Of a stretch of DNA of 64,000 bases, positions 25,121 to 38,716 are shown piece by piece. The position numbers were made by a program, and so were the translations under genes. Each line of letters starts with the position of its first letter. Position 1 is the stretch's first letter. The notes under the pieces were generated by a model. It searched no databases. It was not told the DNA's origin and saw only the letters and a program-made list of their open reading frames with translations. Source of the stretch: Mobula hypostoma (Eukaryota); NCBI RefSeq assembly GCF_963921235.1, contig NC_086118.1, positions 15,254,001-15,318,000 of the forward strand, written 5' to 3'.

Positions 25121-27888
25121 ATCTAAGGGAAAGACATAAAGGCATACGAAGGGAAGGGATGGAAAGATGGAAGGAAGGATTAAGTGGAGCAATGATACAA
25201 GCTTGAAATAGTTGAATCTGTTCCTATACAGTGTTATTTAATTCAATGTAAGTTTTAACTTTTAAATGTAGGAGTGGATGCCGATGGGGTAACTGCCAGT
25301 GAGAGGCAGATCTGATTTTTTTTCGATGTTTTGGCACTACAACTTACTGCTACATTGCAATATTATTTTCAATTTCCCAAACAGTGACACTTAGGCTTGG
25401 TAGACATGATGTCACGAACGACAAAATGAACTATTTTGTATAATTAGTGATTAAGTATCGATGTCAGTTTTACAGCTAGTATTTGGTACTATTTACCTAT
25501 AATGGATTACAAATTTAAAAAAACTTTACGAAGTTCTCTGAGATTATCAAAGCCAAGATATTTTAGTTACACTTATTCTTTCTTGTTTGCATATCTGATT
25601 AAGAAGTGAAGAATTAATTCAAAGCTTCCTTGATGAGAAGTAACTTCCCCCGTACCAATTCAGTAAACAAAGTGTGAGGGCATGATGCACATATTTTTGA
25701 AAGATGGATTTCATGGGATAATAATAGTTTCTGGAAGTACCAGGACCGTTGATCTTTCTGAGCTTCCTCAAGTGGCGTTCCTTCTCTTCCATTGTTTTCC
25801 CATGCTCATGTCCAGAAGGACTTAGATGTCTTTAACCTACTATTGTGAAACTACCTTGAATACAGGCATTATGTACGATTGGCAAAGTCTTCTATGTATT
25901 CTGTGAGAAGCTTTTAATAAACAAAAATAAATCAGTGACTTTTAATGGATTGTTGACAGCATCCTCTTTCTGAAATATTTTCATATGGCTACCACTCAGT
26001 GCTTAATTATAATTTTACCAAAACATATGTATCACTAAGATCACTCCTCCCTTAAATTTGTAATTATTAATAAGAATCTAGCATTTTAATTTTTGACTTG
26101 CTTTTTATTATTTTACTTTCCCACATGACCTTAATATTTCCTTCTGTTTTTGTCTTGCAGTATTTTCAACCCTATACTTTTTGATGTTCTGATTTAACCT
26201 TTCTGTTTCCCTTTCCTTTGCTCTTTGTTGTTCATTCATCTCCATTCCTTGCTTTCTTCCCATCTCAATCAAAAGGAGTTCAATTCATAATTGTTACTGG
26301 AATAAAATTAAAAAAGGGGAAATGTTGAAAATACTCAACAGGTTGATTCACAACAGAGGGAAGAGAAACAGGGTTAATGTTTCAGCCCAAAGATGCAACG
26401 TGACCTGCTGAGTATTTCTGGCATTTTGTTTTATTTCAACTTCCAACATATGCAGTTTTTTAAAAAAATTGATTTTCATTTAATTGTTCTCAGACCTTTC
26501 TAAATGATAGCAAAAATAAATGGTATCTAGCAGGGTGTGCAAATAAATCAACCTTCTTGGGCACTGAGTCTTTAATTTTACAAACACCAATACCATTTTG
26601 TAAATAGAATAGAAACAACTTAATGCACAAATCCAAATCTCTAAGTGTTGCTGTTGCTCTGTCCCTATCTGAATTACTGATAACATTTAAGCTTCTATGT
26701 TACATGTGAATGCCTCTTGGACTCAATAACATTCACATGCAAAGCAAAAGTTTATTTTGCATCTAAATACTTCTGAAGCTATTGAAACAGCAAGCCAAAA
26801 TTTCTTGCTGTTCCTGTACTGTCAGCAAGTACTAGTGGCCATTCAGTTTGCCAGTAATTATTGTTGCTCTTGGTTCTTACTTGATTATGTGTTGTATCAT
26901 TTAATACTGAATATAACTGCAGCTAAATTGGGTAAAGTAAGATTTAAAGAGCATATTATTAAAAAGTTGGCAGAGGAGATAAGCCATCAATTTTGATGGC
27001 ATGCATGCTAGGTTATTGAGGGAAATCTGATATAATGGGGAAGACTCTAAAACTAATCTTCCAGTCCTCCTTGGATTTAAGAGTAGCATCAAAGCACTGG
27101 GAGACTGGAAAAAGTTATCCCTCTTTAAGAAAAGAGTCAATAGCATTTTCAGTGCCCAGTAAGTTTGATTTCCCCACTCTCCCTACTAGCTATAATTTCT
27201 TATCATGTAGAAAGGATAAGGAACAACTAAATAAAAAAAATTAATAATGCAATTGCTGGAAATCTGGAATGAAAACAAAATGCCAGAAATACTCAACAGC
27301 TTAACTGTTATCTTCAGGCTGAAACATTAACGTGTTTCGTTTTCCACAAATATGTCTTCCAAATGTTCAATGGTTCAATCATTCCATTTAATATCAGAGA
27401 ATGTATACAGTATAAAACCTGAAATTCTTGCTCTTCACAGACATCCATGAAAATATAAGAGAACACCAAAGAGTGAATGACAGGAAAGCGTTCTGTTGTT
27501 GTTTCATTCCAGCAACAATTATTGATTGAACTCCTGATGGTTAAGATGGGGAGAAAGTGAGGAATGAAGATGAAGGAGTGAAGAGACAGAAGGTAAAATG
27601 GAAGATACATGCATCAGCCAACATCAGAGGTGGAGTAACCTTTCAATGCAGTTGGATAGAGATCCATTCCTGATCTCATTCTCTGATTGTCAGCAGAATA
27701 GCAGCTGTGAGCTATATTCTGGATGTAAAGTCCAGCTATAATGAAGATGTTACATTGAATATATAGGGCAGAATCATCTCAAATCATTTTCATTCAGAGG
27801 CTAATGGCTCTTTAGTTGTTGCTTCATTAGATAAAAAAGAGCTCTTGCACAGTCTAATATATTGAAAGGTGTTCTATAAACATAAAAA

Positions 27889-28604
27889 ACAAGAGAAAAT
27901 TTGCAGATGCTGGAAATCCAAGCAACACGCACAAAATGCTGGAGGAACTCAGCAGGCAAGCCAGCATCTATGGAAAAGAGTACAGTCGACGTTTCAGGCT
28001 GAGACCTTTTGGGAGGATTGGAGAAAAAAAGATGAGGAGTAGATTTAAAAGGTGGAGGATGAGAGAGAGAAATACATAAGGGGATAGGTGAAACCAGGAG
28101 GGAGAGGGATCAAGAAAAGAACTGGGAAGTTGATTGGTGAAAGAGATACTGGAGAAGGGGTAACCTGATAGGAGAGAACAGAGGGCCATGGAGGAAAGAA
28201 ATGGGGGGAATGGTGGAGGAGCACTGGAGGGAGGTGATGGGCAGGCAAGGAGATAAGGTGAGACAGGGAAAAGGGGATGGGAAATGGTGAAGGGGTGGGT
28301 GGATATTACCAGAAGTTCAAGAGATGATGTTCATGCCATGATGTTGGAGACTAACCAGACAGAATATAAGGTGTTGTCCTCCAATTGTAGTGTGGCCTCA
28401 TCACAACAGTGGAGGAGGCCATGGATAGACATATCTGAATGGGAAAGGGAAATGGAATTATAATGGGTGGCCACTGGGAGATCCCTCTTTTTCTGGCGGA
28501 CTCGGCAAGGCGGTCTCTCAGTCTACATTGGGTCTCACCAATATACAGGAGGCCACAATGGGAACACGGACACAATAATGATCCAAACAGACTCACAGGT
28601 GAAG
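27889..28604 (-). mobile_element. Older Penelope-like element 3' fragment (GIY-YIG remnant)
   Basis: CSHCGLLYIGETQCRLRDRL remnant plus the shared terminus; abuts the palindromic copy. Confidence 0.8.
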
Positions 28605-28606
28605 AC

Positions 28607-30214
28607 GCAAACACGAGGAAATCTGCAGATGCTGGAATTTCAAGCAACACACATAAAAGTTGCTGGTGAACGCAGCAGGCCAGGCAGCATCTCTAGGAAG
28701 AGGTACAGTTGACGTTTTGGGCCGAGACCCTTCATCAGGACTAACTGAAAGATGAGCTAGAGATTTGAAAGTGGGAGGGGGAGGGGGAGATTTGAAATGA
28801 TAGGAGAAGACAGGAGGCGGAGGGATGGAGCCAAGAGCTGGACAGTTGATTGGCAAAAGGGATATGAGAGGATCATGGGACAGGAGGCCTAGGGAGAAAG
28901 AAAAGTGGGGGGGGGAGAAGCCCAGAGGATGGGCAAGGGGTATAGTGGGAGGGATAGAGGGAGAAAAAGGAGAGAGAGTAAAAGAATGTGTGTATATAAA
29001 TAAATAATGGATGGGGTACAAGGGGGAGGTAGGGCATTAGCTGAAGTTTGAGAAGTCAATGTTCATGCCATCAGGTTGGAGGCTACCCAGATGGAATATA
29101 AGGTGTTGTTCCTCCAACCTGAGCGTGGCTTCATCTTTACAGCAGAGAAGGCCGTGGATAGACATATCAGAATGGGAATGGGATGTGGAATTAAAATGTG
29201 TGGCCAGTGGGAGATCCTGCTTTCTCTGGCGGACAGAGCGTAGGTGTTCAGCAAAACGATCTCCCAGTCTGCGTCGGGTCTCGCCAATGTATAGAAGGCC
29301 ACATCGGGAGCACCGGACTCCCTTGTCCATTCGTCCCCCCCATCCCTCCCCACCAATCTCCCTCCTGGCACTTATCCTTGTAAGCAGAACAAGTGCTACA
29401 CGTGCCCTTACACTTCCTCCCTGATCACCATTCAGGACCCCAGACAGTCCTTCCAGGTGAGGCGACACTTCACCTGTGAGTCGGCTGGGGTGATATACTG
29501 CGTCCGGTGCTCCCGATGTGTCCTTCTATATATTGGCAAAACCCGACGCAGACTGGGAGATCAGTTTCTGAACATCTACGCTCTGTCCGCCAGAGAAAGC
29601 AGGATCTCCCAGTGGCCACACATTTTAATTCCACATCCCATTCCCATTCTGATATGTCTATCCAAGGCCTTCTCTGCTGTAAAGATGAAGCCAAACTCAG
29701 GTTGGAGGAACAACACCTTATATTCTGTCTGGGTAGCCTCCAACCTGATGGCATGAACATTGACTTCTCAAACTTCCGCTAATGCCCCACCTCCCCCTCG
29801 TATCCCATCCATTATTTATTAACATACACACATTCTATTTTTCTCTCTCTCCTTTTTCTCCCTCTGTCCCTCTCACTATACCCCTTGCCCATCCTCTGGG
29901 CTTCCCCCCCCCTTTTCTTTCTCCCTAGGCCTCCTGTCCCATGATCCTCTCATATCCCTTTTGCCGATCAACTGTCCAGCTCTTGGCTCCATCCCTCCCC
30001 CTCCTGTCTTCCCCTATCACTTCAGATCTCCCCATACCCCTCCCACTTTCAAATCTCTTACTAGCTCTTCTTTCAGTTAGTACAGATGAAGGGTCTCGGC
30101 ACGAAATGTCGACTGTACCTCTTCCTAGAGATGCTGCTTGGCCTGCTGCGTTCACCAGCAACTTTGATGTGTGTTGCTTGAATTTCCAGCATCTGCAGAA
30201 TTCCTGTTGTTTGC
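28607..30214. mobile_element. Penelope-like retroelement, 5'-truncated, with inverted duplicate (arms of about 710 bp)
   Basis: GIY-YIG endonuclease C-terminus (CESAGVIYCVRCSRC.LLYIG.T.RRL...HFNSTSHSHSDM...GSLQPDGMN) on both strands; arms 28607-29318 and 29502-30214. Confidence 0.9.
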
Positions 30215-30244
30215 AATATTAAAGGGAATCATCTTTAAATCTAA

Positions 30245-31722
30245 ATGAATACATCACAGTTGTCACCAACTTCATCAAGTCCTGTATGCATGAGTGTGTC
30301 TTCGAGAACATACCAGACATACCCAAACCAAAAGCATGAATGAACCAGGAGATTCATAGTCTGCTGAGGGCTAAGTCTGTGGGATTTAGGATCAGTAATC
30401 CAGAATTCTACAAGAAGTCCAGGTATGACCTATGGAAGACTACCTTAAGAGTAAAAAAAAATATAATTGAAATTAGAGAAGGAATCAGGCACACATCAGC
30501 TCTGGCAGGGATTACAGGTCATTACTACCTACAAAACGAAACCTAACATCATGAATGGTTGTGATGCTTCACTCCCAGATGGGCTCAATGCATTTTATAC
30601 ATGCTTTGAAAGAGAGAATAACACTAAACCTGTGTGAATCCCTGCAGCGTCACATGACTCTGAGATCTCTGTCTCAGGACTGACATCAGAACATCTTTCA
30701 AGATGGTAAATCCTCTCAAGGTGTCATGCTGTGATGGAAGGTCACTGAAAACCTGTGCCAACCGCCTGGCAGATTGTTCAAGGACATCTTCAATCACTCA
30801 CTACTGCAGATGGAGGTTCCCACCTGCTTAAAAAGAGGGTGGCAATCATGCCAGTGCCCAAGAAGAGCAGGGTGAGCTGTCCCACTGACTTGTCGTCCAG
30901 TTGCTCTCACATCTACAGTGATGACGTACTTTGAAAGGTTGGTCATGGCCAGAATCAACTCCTGGCTAAGGACCTGGACCCACTGCAATTTGCCTATCAT
31001 CACAATAGGTTTAAAATGGATGCAATCTCACCGGCTCTCCACTTGCATCACATGGACAATAGCAATACCTTTGACTGGCTGCTGTTTATTGATTACAACT
31101 CAGCGTTCAACAGAATCATACCCTCAGTTCTAATCAACAAGCTGAAAAACCTCGTCCTGTGTACCTACCACTGCAATGGATCCTTGACTTCCTCACCAGG
31201 AGACCACAGTCAGTGCGGATCAGAAGTAACATCTCCTCACGGACAATCAGCATGAGTGCACCTCAAGGATGCGTGCTTACCCCAGCGCTCTACTCCCTCT
31301 ACACCCATGACTGTGTGGCTAGGCACAGCTCAAACATCATAGTTTTGCTGATGACACAGCTATTGTTGGCAGGATTTCAGAGGTGATAAGGAGACATACA
31401 GGAGTGAGATAGATCAGCTGGTTGAGTGGTATCATAATAAACACTTTGTAGTCAACATCAATAAGACCAAGGACATGCTCTCTTCTCATTGCTACCATCA
31501 AGGAGGAGGCACGGGAGCCTGAAGACACACACTCAATGTTTCAGTTACAGCTAAAAGCTATTATTTTTCTCTCTTTTTGCACTATTTATTTAAATACATT
31601 TTTAATATATACTTCTTGTAATTTATAGGTTTTTTATTAGCGTTGCAATGTACTGCTGCCAGAAAGCAACAAATTTTATGATATATGCCTGTGATATTAA
31701 ACCCTATTCTGATTCTGATTCA
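30245..31722 (+). mobile_element. Decayed Rex/Babar-type LINE
   Basis: RT remnants LLFIDYNSAFN, WILDFLTRRPQSVRI, APQGCVL.P.LYSLYTHDC; (CTGATT)n tail. Confidence 0.8.
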
Positions 31723-32048
31723 GATGGGTAAAAAACGGAGGGAGAAGGCAGTGAATGTGAAAAACGAACTATGACCACTTCCTTTCAAGTTTTATGTCAA
31801 TGATTTGAAATCATTTGGATTTCATCATCCAAATTATTAACATATAACATGAAAAGTAGTGGTCCCAATACTGACTCCTACAGAACACCAGCAGTTACTG
31901 GCAGCCATACAGAAAAGGCCCCTTATATCCTTGCTTGCTGCCAGTCAGCCAATCTTTTATCCATCCTAGGATTTTTCTTGTAATACCATGTAAGATCACA
32001 GGCAAGTGCTGCCATGTCATGTAGGTGATTAGAGCAAAGTTCAGAGGA

Positions 32049-32062
32049 TGGGGGTGGGGGGG

Positions 32063-32100
<38 letters not shown>
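32049..32100. repeat. G-runs followed by (GA)n microsatellite
   Basis: Directly visible. Confidence 0.9.
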
Positions 32101-32103
<3 letters not shown>

Positions 32104-32427
32104 AAAGAAAAAAGGGGAAAATATGGGGAGTCAGATGGAGCAATGTGGGTGGAGGAGGGAAGAGTGTGTGAACGTTGGAGACACCTGCTGGAGGCAGATA
32201 AAACTGAACACAAAGAGCTACCAGTGCCATTTTCCAATGTAAAGGAAGTGAGAATGGGAATCCTTAGGGAAGAGGTGAATGTCAATTGCAACCAGAACAG
32301 GTGGGGCAGTGTGAAGTTTGGTGAGTAGCAGAAGACTGTGTCATACCATAATCTCTTTGTGGTAAGCCAATGGACATTTGGACATTTTGACTAATTTGTC
32401 AAAAAGCTTGATGACATCACATTTGTT

Positions 32428-33507
32428 ATAAGACCATAAGATCATAAGACAAAAGAGCAGAAGTAGGCTATTTGGCCCATCAAGTCTGCTCTGCCATTTT
32501 ATCATGAGCTGATCCATTCTCCTATTTAGTCCCACTCCCCCACCTTCTCACCATAACCTTTGATGCCCTGGCTACTCAGATACCTATCAATCTCTGCCTT
32601 AAATACACCCAATGACTTGGCCTCCACTGCTGCCCGTGGCAACAAATTCCATAGATTCACCACCCTCTGACTAAAAAAATTTCTTTGCATTTCTGTTCTG
32701 AATGGGTGCCCTTCAATCCTTAAGTCATGCCCTCTCGTACTAGACTCCCCCATCATGGGAAACAACTTTGCCACATCCACTCTGTCCATGCCTTTTAACA
32801 TTTGAAATGTTTCTATGAGGTCTCCCCTCATTCTTCTAAACTCCAAGGAATACAGTCCAAGAGCGGACAAACGTTCCTCATATGTTAACCCTCTCATTCC
32901 CAGAATCATTCTAGTGAATCTTTTCTGTACCCTCTCCAACGTCAGCACATCCTTTCTTAAATAAGGAGACCAAAACTGCCCACAGTACTCCAAGTGAGGT
33001 CTCACCAGCGCCTTATAGAGCCTCAACATCACATCCCTGCTCCTATACTCTATTCCTCTAGAAATGAATGCCAACATCGCATTCGCTTTCTTCACTACTG
33101 ACTCAACCTGGAGGTTAACTTTAAGGGTATCCTGTACGAGGACTCCCAAGTCCTGTTGCATCTCAGAACTTTGAATCCTTTCCCCATTTAAATAATAGTC
33201 TGCCCGTTTATTTTTTCTGCCAAAGTGCATAACCATACACTTTCCAACATTGTATTTCATTTGCCACTTCTCTGCCCATTCTTCCAATCTATCCAAGTTT
33301 CTCTGCAGACTCTCCGTTTCCTCAGCACTACCAGCCCCTCCACCTATCTTCGTATTGTCAGCAAACTTAGCCACAAAGCCATCTATTCCATAATCCAAAT
33401 CGTTGATGTACAATGTAAAAAGAAGCAGCCCCAACACTGATCCCTGTGGAACACCACTGGTAACCGTCAGCCAACCAGAATAGGATCCCTTTATTCCCAC
33501 TCTCTGT
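32428..33507 (-). mobile_element. Young 5'-truncated CR1 (HER1-like) LINE
   Basis: Uninterrupted 324-aa ORF 32526-33500 ([10 protein letters not shown]...KFADNTK...YKALVRPHLEYC); tandem-repeat tail. Confidence 0.93.
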
Positions 33508-33584
33508 TATCTATCACTTATCTCTTTTAACTAAACCCTAACAGTAACTACTCTTGGAAATAGAGCAGTTGACATAGAACTGCA

Positions 33585-35050
33585 ACCTGTGGCTCTGAAA
33601 GAGGGAGCAGTAGAGATTTTGGAGGCATTAATAATGAACTTTCAAAAAAATTGAGCTTTGGCATGGTGCCAGAAGACTGGAAAGTTGCAAATGTCATGGT
33701 TTCCTGAAGGGAAAATATTGCATGACGAACCTGTTGGAATTCTTTGAGGAGATTACAAGTAGGATAGACAAAGGGGATGCAGTGGATGTTGTATATTTTG
33801 ACTTTCAGAAGCCTTTGACAAGGTGCCACAAATGAGGCTACTTACCAAGTTCTTCTTCGGTTGTCCATCGAAATCTGATGACAACGTCCATTCCTTTAAC
33901 GGTGAGATATTTGATGACTTACCAAGTTAAGACCCCATTGTATTGCAGGAAAATTATGGCATGTTTAGAACATTGGCTGATTGGTAGGAGGCAGCGAGTG
34001 GGAATAAAAGGACCCTTTTCTAGTTGATTGCCAGACACTGGTGATGTTCTGCAGGGGTTGGTGTTGGGACCATTTCTTTTTTATGCTGTATATCGATCAT
34101 TTAGATGATGGAATAGATGGTTTTGTTGCCAACTTTGCAGATGATATGAAGATTGGTGTCAGGGTAGGTAGTGTTGAGGAAACAGGTAGGCTGCAGAAGT
34201 TTTTAGGCAAACTAGGAGAGTGGGCAAGAAAGTGGCAAACGAAAGTGTTGAAAAATGCATGGTCATCCACTTTGGTAGTGGAAATAAATGTGCAGACTAT
34301 TTTCTAATCGGTGAGAAAATCCAAAAATCTGAGATGTAAAGGGACTTGGGACTCCTTGTGCAGAACACACTAAGGGTAGAGTCAGTGGTGAGGAAGGTAA
34401 ATGCAATGTTAGCATTCCTTTCAAGAGGCATAGAGTACAAGAGCAGGAATGTGATGCTAAGGCTTTATAAGGCACTGGTGAGACCTTACCTTAAGTAATA
34501 TAAACAATTTTAGGCTCCTCATCTCAGAAAAGATGTGCTGGCATTGGAGAGGGTTCAGACGATGTTCACAAGGATGATTCCAAAAATGAAAGGGTTATCG
34601 TATGAGGAACATTTGATTATTCTGGGTCTGTACTCATTGGAATTTAGAAAGATGGGGTTGCGGAATCTCATTGAAACCTTTCAAATGTTGAAAGGCCTGG
34701 AAAAAGTAGACATGGAAAGGATGTTTCCCATGGTGGTGGAGTCTAGGACAAGAGGGCATAGTGTCAGGATAGAGGGGAATCCATTTAAAACAGAGATGAT
34801 GAGATATGTCTTTTGTCAGAGGGTGGTGAATTTGTAGGACTTATTACCTCAGGCAGCTGCAGACCCAGATCATTGGCGGCATTTAAGGCAGAGCTTGATA
34901 ACTTCTTGATTGGATGTGGTATCAAAGGTTATGGGCAGAAGGCTGGGGAGTGTGGCTGAGGAAGAGAAAAATGGATCAGCCATGATTGAATGGCAGAGCA
35001 AACACAATGGGCCAAATAGCCTAATTCTGCTCTTATGTCTTCTGGACTTA
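33585..35050 (+). mobile_element. Decayed CR1 LINE
   Basis: VYFDFQK, NFADDMKIG and LGLYSLEFR remnants with frameshifts; contains a 65-bp insertion flanked by the 12-bp repeat ACTTACCAAGTT. Confidence 0.88.
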
Positions 35051-35182
35051 TGAACATCATGGTGATTGTCTGACCAGTGTGGGCAGCAAAGGGTCAAAGG
35101 TGAGAAGTGCAGCATTACATTAATCACAAAGTCGGTTTCTAATTGTGCTGAGGTAATTCTGAATACTTGGAATAGCAGATTC

Positions 35183-37420
35183 ATAGAAAACATAAAAATC
35201 CTACAGCACAATATAGGCCCCTGTACTTATTTTTAGAAATTATCTAGGGTTGCCCATAGCCCTCTACTTTTCTAAGCTCCCTGTACCTATCCAGGAGTCT
35301 CTTAAAAGACCCTATCATATCCACCTCCACCACCGTTGCTGGCAGCCCATTCCACACACTCACCACCCTCTGTGCAAAAAACTTGCCCCTGACTTCTCCT
35401 CTGTACCTACTTCCAAGCATCTTAAAACAGTGCCCTCTTGTGTTAGCCATTTCAGCTCTGGGAAAAAAACTTCTGATTATCCACACGATCAATGCCTCTC
35501 ATCATCTTATACACCTCTATCAGGTCACCTCTCATCTGCCGTCGCTACGAGGAGGAAAGGCCAAGTTCACTCAACCTATTCTCATATGGCATGCTCCCCA
35601 ATCCAGGCAACATCCTTGTAAATCTCCTCTGCACCCTTTCTATAGTTTCCACATCCTTCCTATAGTGAGGTGACCTGAACTGAGCACAGTACTCCAAGTG
35701 GGGTCTGATCAGGGTCCTATAAAGCTGTAACATTACCTCCCTGCTCTTAAACTCAATCCCACAGTTGATGAAGGCCAATGCACCATATGCCTTCTTAACC
35801 ACACAGTCAACCTGCGCAGCAGCTTTGAGTGTCCTATGGACTCGGACCCCAAGATCCCTCTGATCCTCCACACTGCCAAGAGTCTTACCATTAACTGTAT
35901 TCTGCCATCATATTTGACCTACCAAAATGAACACCTCACACTTATCTGGGTTGAACTCCATCTGACATTTCTCAGCCTAGTTTTCAATCCTATCAATGTC
36001 CTGCTGCAACCTCTGACAGCCCTCCACAATACCCACAACACCTCCAACTGTGTGTCATCAGCAAATTTACTGCCCCATTCCTCCACTTCCTCATCCAGGT
36101 CATTTATAAAAATCACGAAGAGAAGGGGTCCCAGAACAGAACCCTGAGGCACACTACTGGTCACCGACCTCCATGCAGAATATGACCCATCTACAATCAC
36201 TCTTTGCCTTCTGTGGCTAAGCCAGTTCTGGATCCACAAAGCAAAGTCACCTTGGATCCCATGCCTCCTTACTTTCTCAATAAGCCGTGCAAGGGATACC
36301 TTTTCAAATGCCTTGCTGAAATCCATTACATTACATCTACTGCTCTACCATCATCAATGTGTTTAGTCACATCCTCAAAAAATTCAATCAGGCTTGTAAG
36401 GCATGACTTGCCTTTGACAAAGTCATGCTGACTACGTATTCCTAATCATATTATGCTTCTTCAAATGTTTATAACTCCTGCCTCCCAGGATCTTCTCCAT
36501 CAACTTACCAACCACTGAAGTAAGACTCACTGGTCTATAACTTCCTGGGCTATCTCTACTCCCTTTCTTGAATAAGGGAACAACATCCACAACCCTCCAA
36601 TCGACTAGAACCTCTCCAGTCCCCATTGATGATGCAAAGATCATTGCCAGAGGATCAGCAATTTCCTCCCTCTCTCCCACAGTAGCCTGGGGTATATCTC
36701 ATCTGGTCCTCGTAACTTATCCAACTTGGTGCTTTCCAAAAGCTCCAGCACATCCTCCTTGTTAATATCTACATGCTCAAGCTTTTCAGTCTGTTGTAAG
36801 TCATTCCTACAATCGCCAAAGTCCTTTTCTGTAGTGAATACTAAAGCAAAGTACAGTATTCATTAAGTACCTCAGCTGTCTCCTCCGATTCCATATACAC
36901 TTTTTCACCGTCACACTTGATTGGTCCTATTCTCTCATATCTTATCCTCTTGCTCTTCACATACTTGTATAATGCCTTGGGGTTGCCTTAATCCTGCTCA
37001 CCAAGGCCTTCTCATGGCCTCTTCTAGCTCTCCTAATTTCATTCTTAAACTCCTTCCTGCTAGCCTCATAATTTTCTAGATCTCTACCTTTACTTAGTTT
37101 TTTGAACCTTTTGTAACCTTTTCTTTTCTTCTTGACTAGATTTTCAACAGCCTTTGTACATCACTGCTCCTGTACCCTACCATCCTTTCCGTCTCGGAAC
37201 GTACCTCTGCAGAACGTCACCTAAATATCCCCTGAACATTTACCATATTCCCCTGAGAACATCTGTTCCCAATTGATACTTCCAAGTTCCTGCCTGATAG
37301 CTTCATATTTTCCCTTACTCCAATTAAATGCTTTCCTTACTTGTCTGTTTCTATCCCTCTCCAATGCTTTGGTAAAGGAGATAGAATTGTGATCATTATC
37401 TCCAAAATGTTTCTCCAGCC
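35183..37420 (-). mobile_element. CR1 LINE (longer, frameshifted)
   Basis: [48 protein letters not shown]. Confidence 0.92.
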
Positions 37421-37944
37421 CTTTCCCTAGCCTGTAGTCTTGCTATTATATCCATAGAAGAAGATTTTAATAATATTTATTGTAAAACAACCATTGACAA
37501 TTGTTGCTTTAATATAACATCCCTGGATACTTTGAGCAGAGTAATAAAAGAATATTTGACACTAACCCATGTAAGGAGATGTTCGAGTAGGTGACCAAAA
37601 GATTTGTCACAAAACTAGTTTTAAAGGAGAAAATGGTGAAATAGTTTAGCGAGGGTATTTTAGTCCTTAGGGCCCCGGCAGTTGATGGCATGATTGACAA
37701 AAGTGTAGCAATTAAAATAGGTGATGTATAGGGTGCTAGAACTAGAGCAGTCCTTATAGTTAGGGATGTTGTAAGATGGTATATATTATTAAAAAGTAAA
37801 AACAAGGCTACAAATTTTATACCAAGGTGTGCCTAACCAATAGCCAACATAAACTGGCAAATTCTGGAATAACGGGTAAATAGAACATGGTACATGTCAA
37901 CCTTTTCACCTCATGCTTTTATATTTTCTCCACAGAGACAAGTA

Positions 37945-38716
37945 GTCAACTACCATTATTTAAAAATGGTAAAAAATTGCAGCACGCTGCTGTGCAGAGG
38001 GACTTGGGAATGCTTGTGCATGAATCACAAAAGGTTGGTTTACAGGTGCAGCAGACTATCAAGAAGGCAAATGGAACGTTGGCCTTCATTGCTGGAGGGA
38101 TAGAATTTAACAGCAGGGAAATTATGCTGTAACTGTACAGGCTGCTGGTGAGGCCGCAAATGGAGTTCTGCCTGCAGTTCTGGTCTCCTTACTTGAGGAA
38201 GGATATACTGGCTTTGGAGGTGGTGCAGAGGAGGTTCACCAGGTTGATTACAGAGATGAGGGGGTTAGACTATGAGGAGAGATTGAGTCGCCTGGGACCG
38301 TACTCACTGGAATTCAGAAGAATGAGAGGAGATCTTATAGAAACATATAAAATTATGAAAGGGATAGTTAAGATAGAGGCAGGAAAGTTATTTCCACTGA
38401 TAGGTGAGATTAGAACTTGGGGACATAGCCTCCAGAATTGGAGGAGTAGATTTAGGATGGAGATGAGGAGGAACTGCATTTCCCAGAGTGGTGCATCTGT
38501 ATAATTCTCTGCCCAGTGAAGCAGTGGAGGTTACCTCAGTAAATATATTTAAGTCAAGGTTGGATAGATTTTTGCATCATAGGGAATTAAGGGTTATGGG
38601 GAAAAGGAGGTAGGTGGGGGTGAGTCCATGGCCAGATCAGCCATGATCTTATTGAATGGCAGAGTAGACTTGGTGGGTTAGATGGCCTACTCCTGCTCCT
38701 ATTTCTTATGTTCTTA
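37945..38716 (+). mobile_element. CR1 LINE 3' fragment
   Basis: QFWSPYLRKDILALE...YSLEFRRMRGDLIETYKI; TTCTTATGTTCTTA tail. Confidence 0.9.

Noticed and set aside
27860..30245. A single TSD enclosing both Penelope copies (27889-30214)
   Set aside because: The flanks show only loose AT-rich similarity, not enough to call one insertion event.
32526..33500. 324-aa ORF as a host gene
   Set aside because: It is the C-terminal half of a CR1 ORF2 with a LINE tail, no real start codon and a mutated catalytic motif.
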